64,000 nt of DNA from Hormiphora californensis (Eukaryota > Animalia > Ctenophora): NCBI GenBank assembly GCA_020137815.1, contig CM035358.1, positions 7,440,001 to 7,504,000 of the forward strand, written 5' to 3'. Shown piece by piece: positions 52,944-64,000 of the stretch; the first letter of the stretch is position 1, and the number at the start of each line of letters is the position of its first letter. A model generated the notes under the pieces. The model was not told the origin of the DNA, made no database searches, and was given only the letters and a program-made list of their open reading frames with translations. Position numbers and translations under genes: made by a program.

Positions 52944-55900
52944 TCATTTTGGTTTGCTTTGTTCCCCTTTAGCAGCTGCTTTTTTAACCGCGATTGCAGC
53001 GGTGAACTGTTCCCCTATTACCGGAGGAGCGAAGTGATGACACACCTGAAAGAGGGACATGGTATAAATTATACTATAATGGGTGCAGTTCGGTAAGATT
53101 TTTCGTTTTAAGAACCTTCATAATTCCACTTCGAGAGCTGGTCACGAAGTAATACTTTAGTCTAACTAACCACACATAACTCCTACGAACAACTACATAC
53201 TACGAATAACTCCCACGAACTACATAACTCGAATAAATCCCACGAATAACTCCCAACTTGTTTGCACCTTGAAGGTTCTAAGGATTTTCAACTGGCTATA
53301 ATTCCAAGATATATACTTGAAGATTTATCAGGTCAAAGCTCAAAAGCTAAAATTTTGTTTAACTGAATCTGTCAGGCCAAAGCTCTGGCCACAGTTCTCG
53401 TGCACTTCGCCGCGTGCAGAACAGAACCTTATTTGAAAGAATTGGGTCAGGCCAATGCTCTGACAGAACTGAATAACGCGAATTATATTCAGGCGGATGT
53501 TGGCCGTCACCCCCCCCCCCCCCCCCCGTCACCCTATATAGTTAGATCTGGTGATCTGGTTGGTCACGTGTCACTGTATATCACGTGGCGCACTTGTCAG
53601 CCATCACTGAATTAACCAGTTCAACTAGACGCGACACAATAATGAATATATAGTTCATGCTCGGACAATGAAGCCGCCTTTAAAAGCGAAAGTAAGCGAA
53701 TATAATATAGTTCAAATCTAGCTCTTTGTTCTCAATTTAATAGGAGCGAACTATCTATAACTAGTAAAACTACATTGTAAGATAACCATATATGTGTCTC
53801 GCCCAATCTTGCAATTCGCTCTCAAAACATACAATAATTGAGCCAATAACTATACTTATTAGACTGCATCAGAAACCCGAGACAATTGTCATCTAGCTAC
53901 ATGTCGATCACCCCTTCGCTGTCACTGACCTGACAGCCCCTTCGCAATTGCTCAAGTTTACCCTCGGTACATCTCCTTGGTCATATCTGTGTTGTTATTG
54001 ACATTTTTTTGGGATCAAAACAACACAGTGTATCTCCAATTTAGCTGTTACCAAATTATCCTCCTATCCACTGATGAGTTATACATATGCTATGAATCAT
54101 CTATGCCATACGTTAGCCTTATAATTACTCTATCCTTTCTGCGAGGCCCCCCTAAATCGATTTTACATCATTTAACGTAAGACAAATGGGTATTGGTTAA
54201 ATCGATTGATCGACCATTTCATGATCCATCGCCTTCTATTATATAATGGATCTTCAGCTCTACAGTACCGTGAACTATATCGAATTATTGCCTTATTATA
54301 TAGGTCTGCACCCATATTGTATAGGTCCAAGCCCACTTAATTATGCATCCTATCCTTGTTGAGTATTTACCCCACTGACTTATTCATTATATTTATTGTG
54401 TTTTAATTTTTGAGTATAGTTACTTAAAATCTTTCTCTTTTTTGCGGTTTTAGTCGACAGGGTGGTTATCTATCCGTAAACGCGAGATATTTACCCCTAA
54501 ATTTTATCTAGATCCCTATAAATCATAGATCTAAATTAGTATACTCACCGCTGCTCTGTTCCCCGGGACGGTCAGTGTATGTCTCTTAAACGGGGGGTTG
54601 TGGAGACAATTAGTAGACTTGCCAGCGTCAATCTCAAAACGTAATGCCTTCGATCCCTATTGGAATACTCTATTAAATGTCGTAAATTGTAAAACAATTA
54701 GTAGACTTGCCAGCGTCAATCTCAAAACGTAATGCCTTCGATCCCTATTGGAATATTTGATTAAATGTCGTGAATTGCATGTTGTTTTGTATAACCGACA
54801 ACGTTATAGTTTTGGAAGACATATTCTAGAAGACGAGCTGTAGAACTTGGTAATGAAATTCCCCCTCTGCGCTACCTCACGGCAATAATAGGGGTGACTT
54901 CGTAACCAACTGTAGATCGAATATTGGACAGATCTCAGTTGAGAACATTATATTACGCATAGACGGACTATATTACGCATAGATTGATCGCGTCTCTTGA
55001 TTTTCACGGGGCAGAGAAAGGAAAGGCCGGTACTTTGCCAATTTGCCAACACCTTCCTCCCTTTACCTGTACCCTAGTATATACTACTCTAGGAGAGTAT
55101 ATGGGAGGGTTTGTGAAGAGATTACCTAGTTAGAAATAGCGGTTTATACACCTCGTATGGGGGAATGGTTTTAATATTAGGTCATAACCTCCCCCCCCCC
55201 GCGTCGCGCTCCTCTTCACAAGTTAATGTTGCGGCCAACCCCGGTATACTTTGTTCTAGAACCCTCTGTGGGAGAGAGAGGGTTGAACTCACCTTGTTCC
55301 GTATAACGGCTGTTGCTCTCCAGGGAAGTGTATGAAGGAGCACAGTGTAAGTGCTCCCCCACCCCCTCCACCTCCACCCCTCCACCTCCACCCCCTCCAC
55401 CTCCACCCCCTCCTCACCTCCACCCCTCCACCCCACCCACCCCTCCTCACCTTGTTCCGTATAACGGCTGTTGCTCTCCAGGGTAGTGTATGAAGGAGAA
55501 CAGTGTAAGTGCTGGTAGTACTTGTAACAGCCCCGCTGTTCTCCACACTTGAGATCAACGCTTTTTCTGAAGAACATGCATGTGTTAATGAAATACAAGA
55601 ATAGGCTAATTAATGAACAACATATCGTAAAACGATGTACAGGCCGGACCCCCCCCCCCCGAGAATTGTGCAACTTTTTACTGCCTCAGCTCCACCCCAC
55701 TTTTTACTTGATATCGAAGACACCTCACACTCTGTCGCCGGGCGACCTTCGCGCGCGCTGGCAAGGGGTAGCTTTGTAACCAAACTTTTTACTGGCTCTT
55801 CAAGATCTTTATACTTTACAGCCCTACTAGTTTTAACTAGTCACTGTTATACTGACTAGCGCTGTTTAGGTGACCAACATCATCACAGTAGTAAAGTTAG

Positions 55901-56811
55901 TTTAATAGTAAATGGTACAGTTATGGCTGTGGAAACTGCCCAATTCCACTTATCCAATATCCATCATGGCTATAAGTCGCTTACCCATCAGATGACACTT
56001 CGTGAGGGGTAGGATAGAGGTGACTGCCAGAGAGAACTCCGCATTAGATATTACATCAAGGTGCCAAGGGACTGCCTGAATGAGGGATATGTTGACACTT
56101 TAATTAAAATTGTGCTATCTTTTACTTTATTACTTTTACTATCTTGAGACATTTTGATTCAATATGCTAAGATAAAGTCAAGCCAAATGGTTCTTGATTT
56201 GCTCGTCAATCTCAATTAAACAGTGAAATAGCTGTCACATCTTGCCTTGTGCTATCTTTTACTTTATCAAAAACGTCAAGTTATCATGGGAGGGGGGGGG
56301 GGGCTTATCCTCTATCTTGAGTTTTGACATTTTAATTCAATATGCTAAAATAAAGTCAAGCCAAATGGTTCTTGTTCGGCCCTCTCAAAACAGTTATACA
56401 GCTCCCAGCTGTCACATCTTGCCTTGCTCTACCCTGTTCTCAGGGGGGGGGGATATATCTACACACCCGAGTAAGACTCAATCCACTGTTATATCCCATC
56501 GCTTTGAGAGTTTCCCGTATCTCCTCTACTCCACCTTCCTCATCCTCAAGAGACATCTCTTGGAGCTGAAGGAAACCCTCAATTGTTACACCTCCCTTGT
56601 CCATCTTGAAGTTATCTGAAATGAGATCTTTGTGATTGAAACATTTGTTTGGAACCAACTTGTTTCAAGGTGAAAAGAAATATATTCAACTCCTTGTTCA
56701 TCTAGCAGTATAGTAGTAACTCCTTGCGATAATAGATCTATAAACCGTTTATACTGTTGGCAAAGATTCTTTACTAAGGAACGCTTTTTATTTGTGACTG
56801 TGAAAGAAAGG

Positions 56812-56904
<93 letters not shown>

Positions 56905-59272
56905 GAAATCCATACAAGATAGAACAATATTAGTATGTAGTAACAATAGTAGTAATAGGTTTACGTAGTATTGTTACAATACAGTAGTAAAAGCATGGCA
57001 TTTATCCCCCATTTATCTCAAACAAGTTGCAACCATCATACATAATAGCATAATATATGCCATTATTTATGATATTTGCAACTGGTTTGAGGCTTTTATC
57101 TCCCTGGTTCGAGGCTTTTATCTCCCTCGAGTAACGGTCCACATGGCATCAGTAAGTTTATCTCCCACCCCCACCCCCTCCACCCCACCCCTCCCACCAC
57201 TACCTCGAGTAACGGTCCACATGGCATCAGTAAGTTTATCTCCCTCCCCCACCCCCTCCACCCCCACCCCCTCCACCCCACCCCCTCCCCTCCCACCACT
57301 ACCTTGAATTACGGTCGACATGGCATCAGTAAGTTTATCTCCCTCCCCCACCCCCTCCACCCCCACCCCTCCACCCACCCCCTCCCACCACTACCTTGAA
57401 TAACGGTCCACATGGCATCAGTAAGTTTATCTCCCTCCCCCACCCCCCTCCACCCCCACCCACCACTACCTTGAATAACGGTCCTCATGGCATCAGTAAG
57501 TTTATCTCCCTCCCCCACCCCCTCCACCCCCACCCCCTCCACCCCCACCGACCCACCCACCACTACCTTGAATAACGGTCCACATGGCATCAGTAAGTTT
57601 ATCTCCCTCCCCCACCCCCTCCACCCCCACCCACCACTACCTTGAATAACGGTCCACATGGCATCAGTAAGTTTATCTCCCACCCCCTCCACCCCCACCC
57701 CTCCACCCACCACTACCTTGAATAACGGTCCACATGGCATCAGTAAGTTTATCTCCCACCCCCTCCACCCCCACCCCCACCCACCACTACCTTGAATAAC
57801 GGTCCACATGGCATCAGTAAGTTTATCTCCCACCCCCTCCACCCCCACCCCCACCCACCACTACCTTGAATAACGGTCCACATGGCATCAGTAAGTTTAT
57901 CTCCCACCCCCTCCACCCCCACCCCTCCACCCACCACTACCTTGAATAACGGTCCACATGGCATCAGTAAGTTTATCTCCCACCCCCTCCACCCCCACCC
58001 CCACCCACCACTACCTTGAATTACGGTCCACATGGCATCAGTAAGTTTATCTCCAGGGCTGGTCATATTGTGAAAGAGTTCAAACTCTCTCCTGTCGAGA
58101 AGAGAGTCTCCGTTCAGGTCCAGACAGTGGAATATGTCCGTTAGAGCCTTCCTGCAGAATATTAATAATTGGTCATCAAGATAAAACTTTATCTGTTCAA
58201 AGGGGGAAGAGAGAAATGATCGATATCTGGAACTAAGCTAGACTTGGGAGGGAGGGGCATTTTTTATGCCCCGCACGGTATATAACTGCATCAAATATGA
58301 GAATGTGTCTCGTTTAGAAAGTCTCTAAATTAGGATAATTATTTTATAGTTAAGGAAGTTGCCCCACGCAAACTCTAACAAACCACGCAAACCTCTAACA
58401 AACCTGCTTTGCGGTGTGAGGGCTCCCTTTTTATCGCAGATAGGGGCTACATCTTCCTTCTCCTCCTCAACAGCATTAACAAAGTGGGATGATGTTGTAT
58501 GCACCAAGAGATCGTAATCCCCTTTTACTAGATCACCACATTTCAACTGAACGCTGAGGACGGGTTTTATGTGAGATCTGATACTAGGTGGGATGTGATC
58601 TGATCAAATTTCAACTGAACCCTGAGCAGATGGGAGGGTTGGGATGGAGTTTTATACTTTTTAAAAACCGACTTGTTTATCGCATTTTCAATTATTCTCA
58701 AACTTCAACTTTTAAATGCAGCAAACTGCGTTTAATGGTTAAAATGACTTTTTGTATTGCATTAGGTAAGTGCTATATCGGGAGGTCCCGGCAGAATGAA
58801 TATAGTAGAGTGCAATATATTGGGGACCATGCAGTCGACTGCGCTCCTCTTTGCAGGAAGGTGCAATGTCTAACAATAACGCTATCAACCCAGCTAACAT
58901 CCTCGCACCTTCATATGAGTGCTTTTAGCATATATAAATCACTTAGCTTCCTGGGTTTTGCGTTACATTCAAATATAGAGTGTTAGTCACATGACCCCCT
59001 CCCGGCCCTTAACGTAACGTCAGCGTGCGACCCCCCCCCCCCCCCTACAAAATGATTCTCCCCCCCCCCTAAATGAGAGTTCTCGATTTACCAAGCGACT
59101 ATATCGGCGGTTTGAGCCCGATTAATATTGGGATTGCATATAAATATTGGACCATCATATAATTGAATTCCTTACCGTCCCGCCTCGTTAGCACTTTCAG
59201 AAAAGAGTACAGCACTGTCGTCTCCTTCTCGTGGGACTAGATACAGCGTCAGATCGTTTCTCTGTTCAGTTC
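52944..59272 (-). CDS. EFCAB7: EF-hand calcium-binding domain-containing protein 7 (ciliary), 3' exons of copy B; 5' exons lie further right and are unresolved
   Basis: Minus-strand exons 59176-59272 (NDLTLYLV), 58404-58553 (GDLVKGDYDLLVHTT), 58015-58151 (EF-hand, KALTDIFHCLDLNGDSLLDRREF), 56467-56615 (NFKMDKGGVTIEGFLQLQ...LKAMGYNSGL), ~55451-55566 (EKALISSV...TAVIRNK), 54549-54656 (SKALRFEIDAGKSTNC) and 52944-53045 (VCHHFAP...stop). Order and motifs match my recollection of the vertebrate EFCAB7 C-terminal half (IDLDGNGLL, LHSMGYNKAL, VCQHVMP). Exons between 55567 and 56466 are uncertain. Confidence 0.85.
53370..53474 (+). repeat. Dispersed short repeat; inverted relative at 62531-62638 and copy A at ~24085-24185
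   Basis: GTCAGGCCAATGCTCTGAC-bounded ~105-bp unit. Confidence 0.6.
57125..58054 (-). repeat. ~75-bp minisatellite spanning the EFCAB7 EF-hand exon donor (12 units; copy A at ~27805-28712)
   Basis: Constant GGAGATAAACTTACTGATGCCATGTGGACCGTTATTCAAG|GTAGTGG followed by a variable G-rich spacer. Confidence 0.95.
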
Positions 59273-59302
59273 CTGCAGGAGGCAGCATGTTAATTAACAA
59301 TT

Positions 59303-59373
<71 letters not shown>

Positions 59374-60080
59374 GGAGAGATAGAGAGGGAGAGAGAGGGA
59401 GAGAGAGAGAGATAGATAGATAGATAGAGAGATAGAGAGAGAGAGAGAAAGAGAGAGAAGGTTGAGGGGGTGTTTGAGTGTAACTCTTCTTACAACACCA
59501 TTACGACAAAAAGATCAGACGCTCGAACGCACTAACAGTCTCAATCTCAGTCACTGATCTTCTCTCTTTATAATTGCGGTTATTCTGTTAAAACACTCGT
59601 ATTTGTATTTGTACAGTGAGTACTCCAGGGAAATTGTATTGCCCTGTCGAGTTCTCCTAAGGACCCACTCCCCACAAACAACAGTGATAATTGCGGTTAT
59701 AAGTAACTGCTTTTTGAGAAATTATAAGGAAATACGTGGGGCACTGAGCCGACACGTCTTCTCAATTCAACTTCTTAATCATAGTACTCGACGGAGTAGT
59801 AACAGACACCTTTTAACAATATAGCAATATAGTAGCATTAACTATAGTAGGACATGGCTGGGAGAAAGGAAATTAATAAAAAACCTAATAAGTAATCCAA
59901 GTTTGTCTCGACTAGTGGGGCGCGGTCTTACTCAACCCTGTCTTACTAAAACAGGTTTGAGCAAGTCTCAACCGATAACGTATAAATTATTTAATAACAC
60001 ACACACACACGCCCTCTGTACAACAGTTTAATGGGGAATCTCACACATACACGGGCAGGAGAGATTAATTAGTATTATAG

Positions 60081-60155
60081 GGTTTGGTAGCTTAGTGGTT
60101 TATAGCTCCGAGCATGTCTCTCTGGAGGTCCCTGGTTCAATTCCCGGTCAAACCC
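60081..60155 (+). pseudogene. tRNA-like sequence (tRNA pseudogene or SINE head; nominal TGT anticodon)
   Basis: Acceptor stem GGTTTGG/TCAAACC, A-box TAGCTTAGTGG, B-box GGTTCAATTCC and a downstream T5 tract. There are mismatches in the anticodon and T stems, and position 33 is A instead of T. Confidence 0.65.
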
Positions 60156-60604
60156 AGTATTTTTCGATTTTCTTCCCTATTTAATTCTTGCTCTGAACTC
60201 ATTATTCAGCATATAAATGATTTTATAGGGATATTATAATTTATTATGTACATAATTTTACCGATATATACTTGTAATTACGATCCCTAATAAGCATGGT
60301 TAGGGTTCTATATGCTTGTTACGATCCCTAATATAAGCATGGTTAGGCTTCTATAAATTATAAAATAGCGTACTGAATTAGTAGTAGTTATCTGGTGTAC
60401 TGAATTTATAAAATTTGGTATAAAAGAGCATGCACTGCAGCTTGTGAATTTGTAGTTTATGCTACATGTTGATGTTATCGCAATTGCAGCTCGGTATAGT
60501 TTTTATCAAACAGCATATATGTGTTGCTGAGTAGAACCATATAACATATTTCGCAAATCTTTTCCAGACCGAGATCTTAATTGCTTCATCATCGAATCAT
60601 TGTA

Positions 60605-60702
60605 CAGTCGGACCCCGATTTAGTGGCATTCTCGGGGGAAAAAATCCTGCCACTAAATCGGGGTGCCACTAAATCGGGGGCCACTAAATCGGGGTCCGAC
60701 TG
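60605..60702. mobile_element. 98-bp Tc1/mariner (pogo-like) MITE
   Basis: TA|CAGTCGGACCCCGATTTAGTGGC...GCCACTAAATCGGGGTCCGACTG|TA, with three internal GCCACTAAATCGGGG repeats. Confidence 0.85.
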
Positions 60703-60850
60703 TATATAGTTCTTTTCCATACTGCTATATTACAGATTGCTCTTTCAGAAAAGAGTACAGCACTGTCGTCTCCTTCTCGTGGGACTAGATACAGCGTCAG
60801 ATCGTTTCTCTGTTCAGTTCCTGCAGGAGGCAGCATGTTAATTAACAATT

Positions 60851-60923
<73 letters not shown>

Positions 60924-61630
60924 GGAGAGATAGAGAGGGAGAGAGAGGGAGAGAGAGAGAGATAGATAGATAGATAGAGAGATAGAGAGAGAGAGAGAAA
61001 GAGAGAGAAGGTTGAGGGGGTGTTTGAGTGTAACTCTTCTTACAACACCATTACGACAAAAAGATCAGACGCTCGAACGCACTAACAGTCTCAATCTCAG
61101 TCACTGATCTTCTCTCTTTATAATTGCGGTTATTCTGTTAAAACACTCGTATTTGTATTTGTACAGTGAGTACTCCAGGGAAATTGTATTGCCCTGTCGA
61201 GTTCTCCTAAGGACCCACTCCCCACAAACAACAGTGATAATTGCGGTTATAAGTAACTGCTTTTTGAGAAATTATAAGGAAATACGTGGGGCACTGAGCC
61301 GACACGTCTTCTCAATTCAACTTCTTAATCATAGTACTCGACGGAGTAGTAACAGACACCTTTTAACAATATAGCAATATAGTAGCATTAACTATAGTAG
61401 GACATGGCTGGGAGAAAGGAAATTAATAAAAAACCTAATAAGTAATCCAAGTTTGTCTCGACTAGTGGGGCGCGGTCTTACTCAACCCTGTCTTACTAAA
61501 ACAGGTTTGAGCAAGTCTCAACCGATAACGTATAAATTATTTAATAACACACACACACACGCCCTCTGTACAACAGTTTAATGGGGAATCTCACACATAC
61601 ACGGGCAGGAGAGATTAATTAGTATTATAG

Positions 61631-61705
61631 GGTTTGGTAGCTTAGTGGTTTATAGCTCCGAGCATGTCTCTCTGGAGGTCCCTGGTTCAATTCCCGGTCA
61701 AACCC
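61631..61705 (+). pseudogene. Duplicate tRNA-like sequence
   Basis: Copy of 60081-60155 within the tandem duplication. Confidence 0.65.
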
Positions 61706-62152
61706 AGTATTTTTCGATTTTCTTCCCTATTTAATTCTTGCTCTGAACTCATTATTCAGCATATAAATGATTTTATAGGGATATTATAATTTATTATGTA
61801 CATAATTTTACCGATATATACTTGTAATTACGATCCCTAATAAGCATGGTTAGGGTTCTATATGCTTGTTACGATCCCTAATATAAGCATGGTTAGGCTT
61901 CTATAAATTATAAAATAGCGTACTGAATTAGTAGTAGTTATCTGGTGTACTGAATTTATAAAATTTGGTATAAAAGAGCATGCACTGCAGCTTGTGAATT
62001 TGTAGTTTATGCTACATGTTGATGTTATCGCAATTGCAGCTTGGTATAGTTTTTATCAAACAGCATATGTGTTGCTGAGTAGAACCATATAACATATTTC
62101 GCAATTCTCTTCCAGACCGAGATCTTAATTGCTTCATCATCGAATCATTGTA

Positions 62153-62250
62153 CAGTCGGACCCCGATTTAGTGGCATTCTCGGGGGAAAAAATCCTGCCA
62201 CTAAATCGGGGTGCCACTAAATCGGGGGCCACTAAATCGGGGTCCGACTG
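62153..62250. mobile_element. Same MITE in the second unit of the 1.55 kb duplication
   Basis: Same structure as 60605-60702. Confidence 0.85.
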
Positions 62251-64000
62251 TATATAGTTCTTTTCCATACTGCTATATTACAGATTGCTCTTTGCAAAGA
62301 AACTAACCCGGGCACGCAAGAAATTACGTGATGTCTTAGGTAATTTCATTACCAAATGGTTAAAGCTTACCCATGAAGGACAGAAAACGTTACTAAAAAA
62401 TGAACAAAATGAACTGTTTCCTTGAAAGAAATTAAACTGTTTCATGACAGGCTGAGAAATGTCAAACAAACCTGTACATGCAATTATAAGCCAGATATTG
62501 GAACCCCCTAATATAGCTAGGATAGATTGATTTCAGTTCTGTGCTGTCAGAGCATTGGCCTGACCCATTCTCGTTTCTCTCAAATTTGTTCTGCACGCGG
62601 AGCGCGCGAGAACTGTGGTCAGAGCATTGGCCTGACAGGTTGTGTTTTCAATCACCTTTCATGTCTTCATGATTCTATAAGTCGCAGGTTAAGCTGTGAC
62701 GGTATCCCATGACTGTATTTGCGTGACCTGGTCACATACAGTGGGATATGTCATTGTTTCGGTACACATAATATAGGGTTTGCTATATGTTATAGGGCAC
62801 TGCCTGGGGGTATTATACCGCCCAGTCAGTGCCCTGTATTACTAATATTAGTAGTGGTACTAATGTCATTGCGTGACCTGCTATTTTCTGGCCTGAAGAT
62901 TAATTGAAAATGTATGATACAGAAATGAACGTGAACACTGTTCCTTAATATCAATATCAATATGCACGTACATCATTAATTTCACTGATCTCTCTAGTTG
63001 CTTTCCCCGAATTATCTCTCACATCCCATTCTCTTTGAGAGTTTGAGACCTGCATTATATGTACTGCGTTTAAGAAGCTACTACGAGGCAGGACTCACGC
63101 GGTATTCTAGTAGGCTGCATGCAACTATTTCAAGACACAAATGATATTGTAAATGAAGTTAATTGTGAGCCTTGTGTCTTCCTACGCAGGGCTACCGGTA
63201 CCCTATCAGAATTTAATTGGATTTAGTCAAGCGATTGACAGTTGTTGAACTATCGTTTATCGATTGATAAAAGCGACCGTTTAACAATCGTTCAAATTAT
63301 AATAGAGATAGTTTATTGAGGATGTATTTGATTATTATTTGGTGGGTATTAAACTCTTCGCTTAAAGGGTTTCTTCACCATTATGTTATGTTGATGTACC
63401 ACTTTACCATGGACTAATCTTGCAGCTTATTTGTTAATTATGGACTTTGATATAGTCTTGTCTTAATTTTCCAGCTTCATATGAGTCCAGATAAACCTGT
63501 CGATATTATACAATTGAGACTCGCTGTATATAATCAGTGTCAATTGTCAAGTTGAGGCTAAATTGCAGATATTCACATTCAGTGAATGCTATGACGGTCT
63601 TTGGCAGGACAGTGATCTTCTACAATGAAACAGAACAAGTACTTCACGAGGGGACTCTTTCTGATTATGTGAGTACAACTGCAGTAGACACCCGTCGAGT
63701 GTTACTCGATTTATATGTTCACACTTTGGTCGCACTTTGGTCGCACTCCGAGGGTGGTATGTAGTCCGATTTACTTGGTTGATCTGGTCTCTGGAGTTGA
63801 TATCGCTCCAGAGTGCAGCCTTTTCCTCTACCCTCTCCAGTCCGTCAGTTTGTCAGCAACCCTATCATATTGTGGTAGCCAGCGCTGCTAGGGTTGCGTC
63901 AGAAATTATGTCATTGTTTGACCAAACTGCTATGCGTGCTATCGAGATTGTTAGCACACACTCGTTGATTGGGTGAGACAGTGTCGGTGCAAGGCATCGA

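Larger units (their letters stand above)
31105..60005 (+). repeat. Large tandem duplication, copy B (includes an extra 5.6 kb insertion)
   Basis: Direct repeat of 7420-30630 with clean exons. Confidence 0.95.
59194..62293 (+). repeat. Near-identical 1.55 kb tandem duplication (59194-60745 / 60742-62293)
   Basis: Identical ORFs at 59603 and 61153, a CTTT microhomology at the junction, and only a few substitutions or small indels near the unit ends. Confidence 0.95.

Noticed and set aside
55190-55265. Apparent minus-strand exon RVLEQSIPGLAATL
   Set aside because: The flanking EFCAB7 exons join in frame and follow the expected protein without it.
57125-58054. CRISPR-like repeat-spacer array
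   Set aside because: Eukaryotic intron; the repeat is the exon end, the spacers are low-complexity G-runs related to each other, and there are no cas genes.
63730-63860. Possible upstream EFCAB7 exon (DKLTDW...VEEKAALW) on the minus strand
   Set aside because: The resemblance is weak and requires a frameshift, and the boundaries are not determinable.

Overview
AT-rich, intron-dense animal DNA. The two short MITE families resemble ones I recall from Pleurobrachia-type ctenophores; this is inference and needs a search to confirm. The window holds two tandem DEG/ENaC (ASIC-like) channel paralogues on the + strand and the 3' two-thirds of a convergent EFCAB7 orthologue on the - strand, all reconstructed exon by exon. 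A ~23 kb block (7.4-30.6 kb, copy A, rich in indels) is repeated at 31.1-60.0 kb (copy B, clean reading frames in every exon checked). The two copies differ by real transposon presence/absence, so they are either two haplotypes assembled in tandem or a true segmental duplication. Between the genes lies a nest of non-autonomous DNA transposons: a 5.6 kb CAC...GTG foldback with a 5-bp TSD, a Merlin-type element filled with a palindromic 10-bp/165-bp satellite, TTAA palindromic elements and several MITEs. A short Helitron sits in an ENaC-2 intron. The most unusual signal is that at least 13 exon-intron junctions in all three genes are duplicated into the neighbouring intron ('splice-junction echoes'). 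These range from 11-nt copies to 12-copy minisatellites and include an in-frame duplicate of the channel's GAS selectivity-filter segment. The two ENaC paralogues also differ extensively in intron positions.
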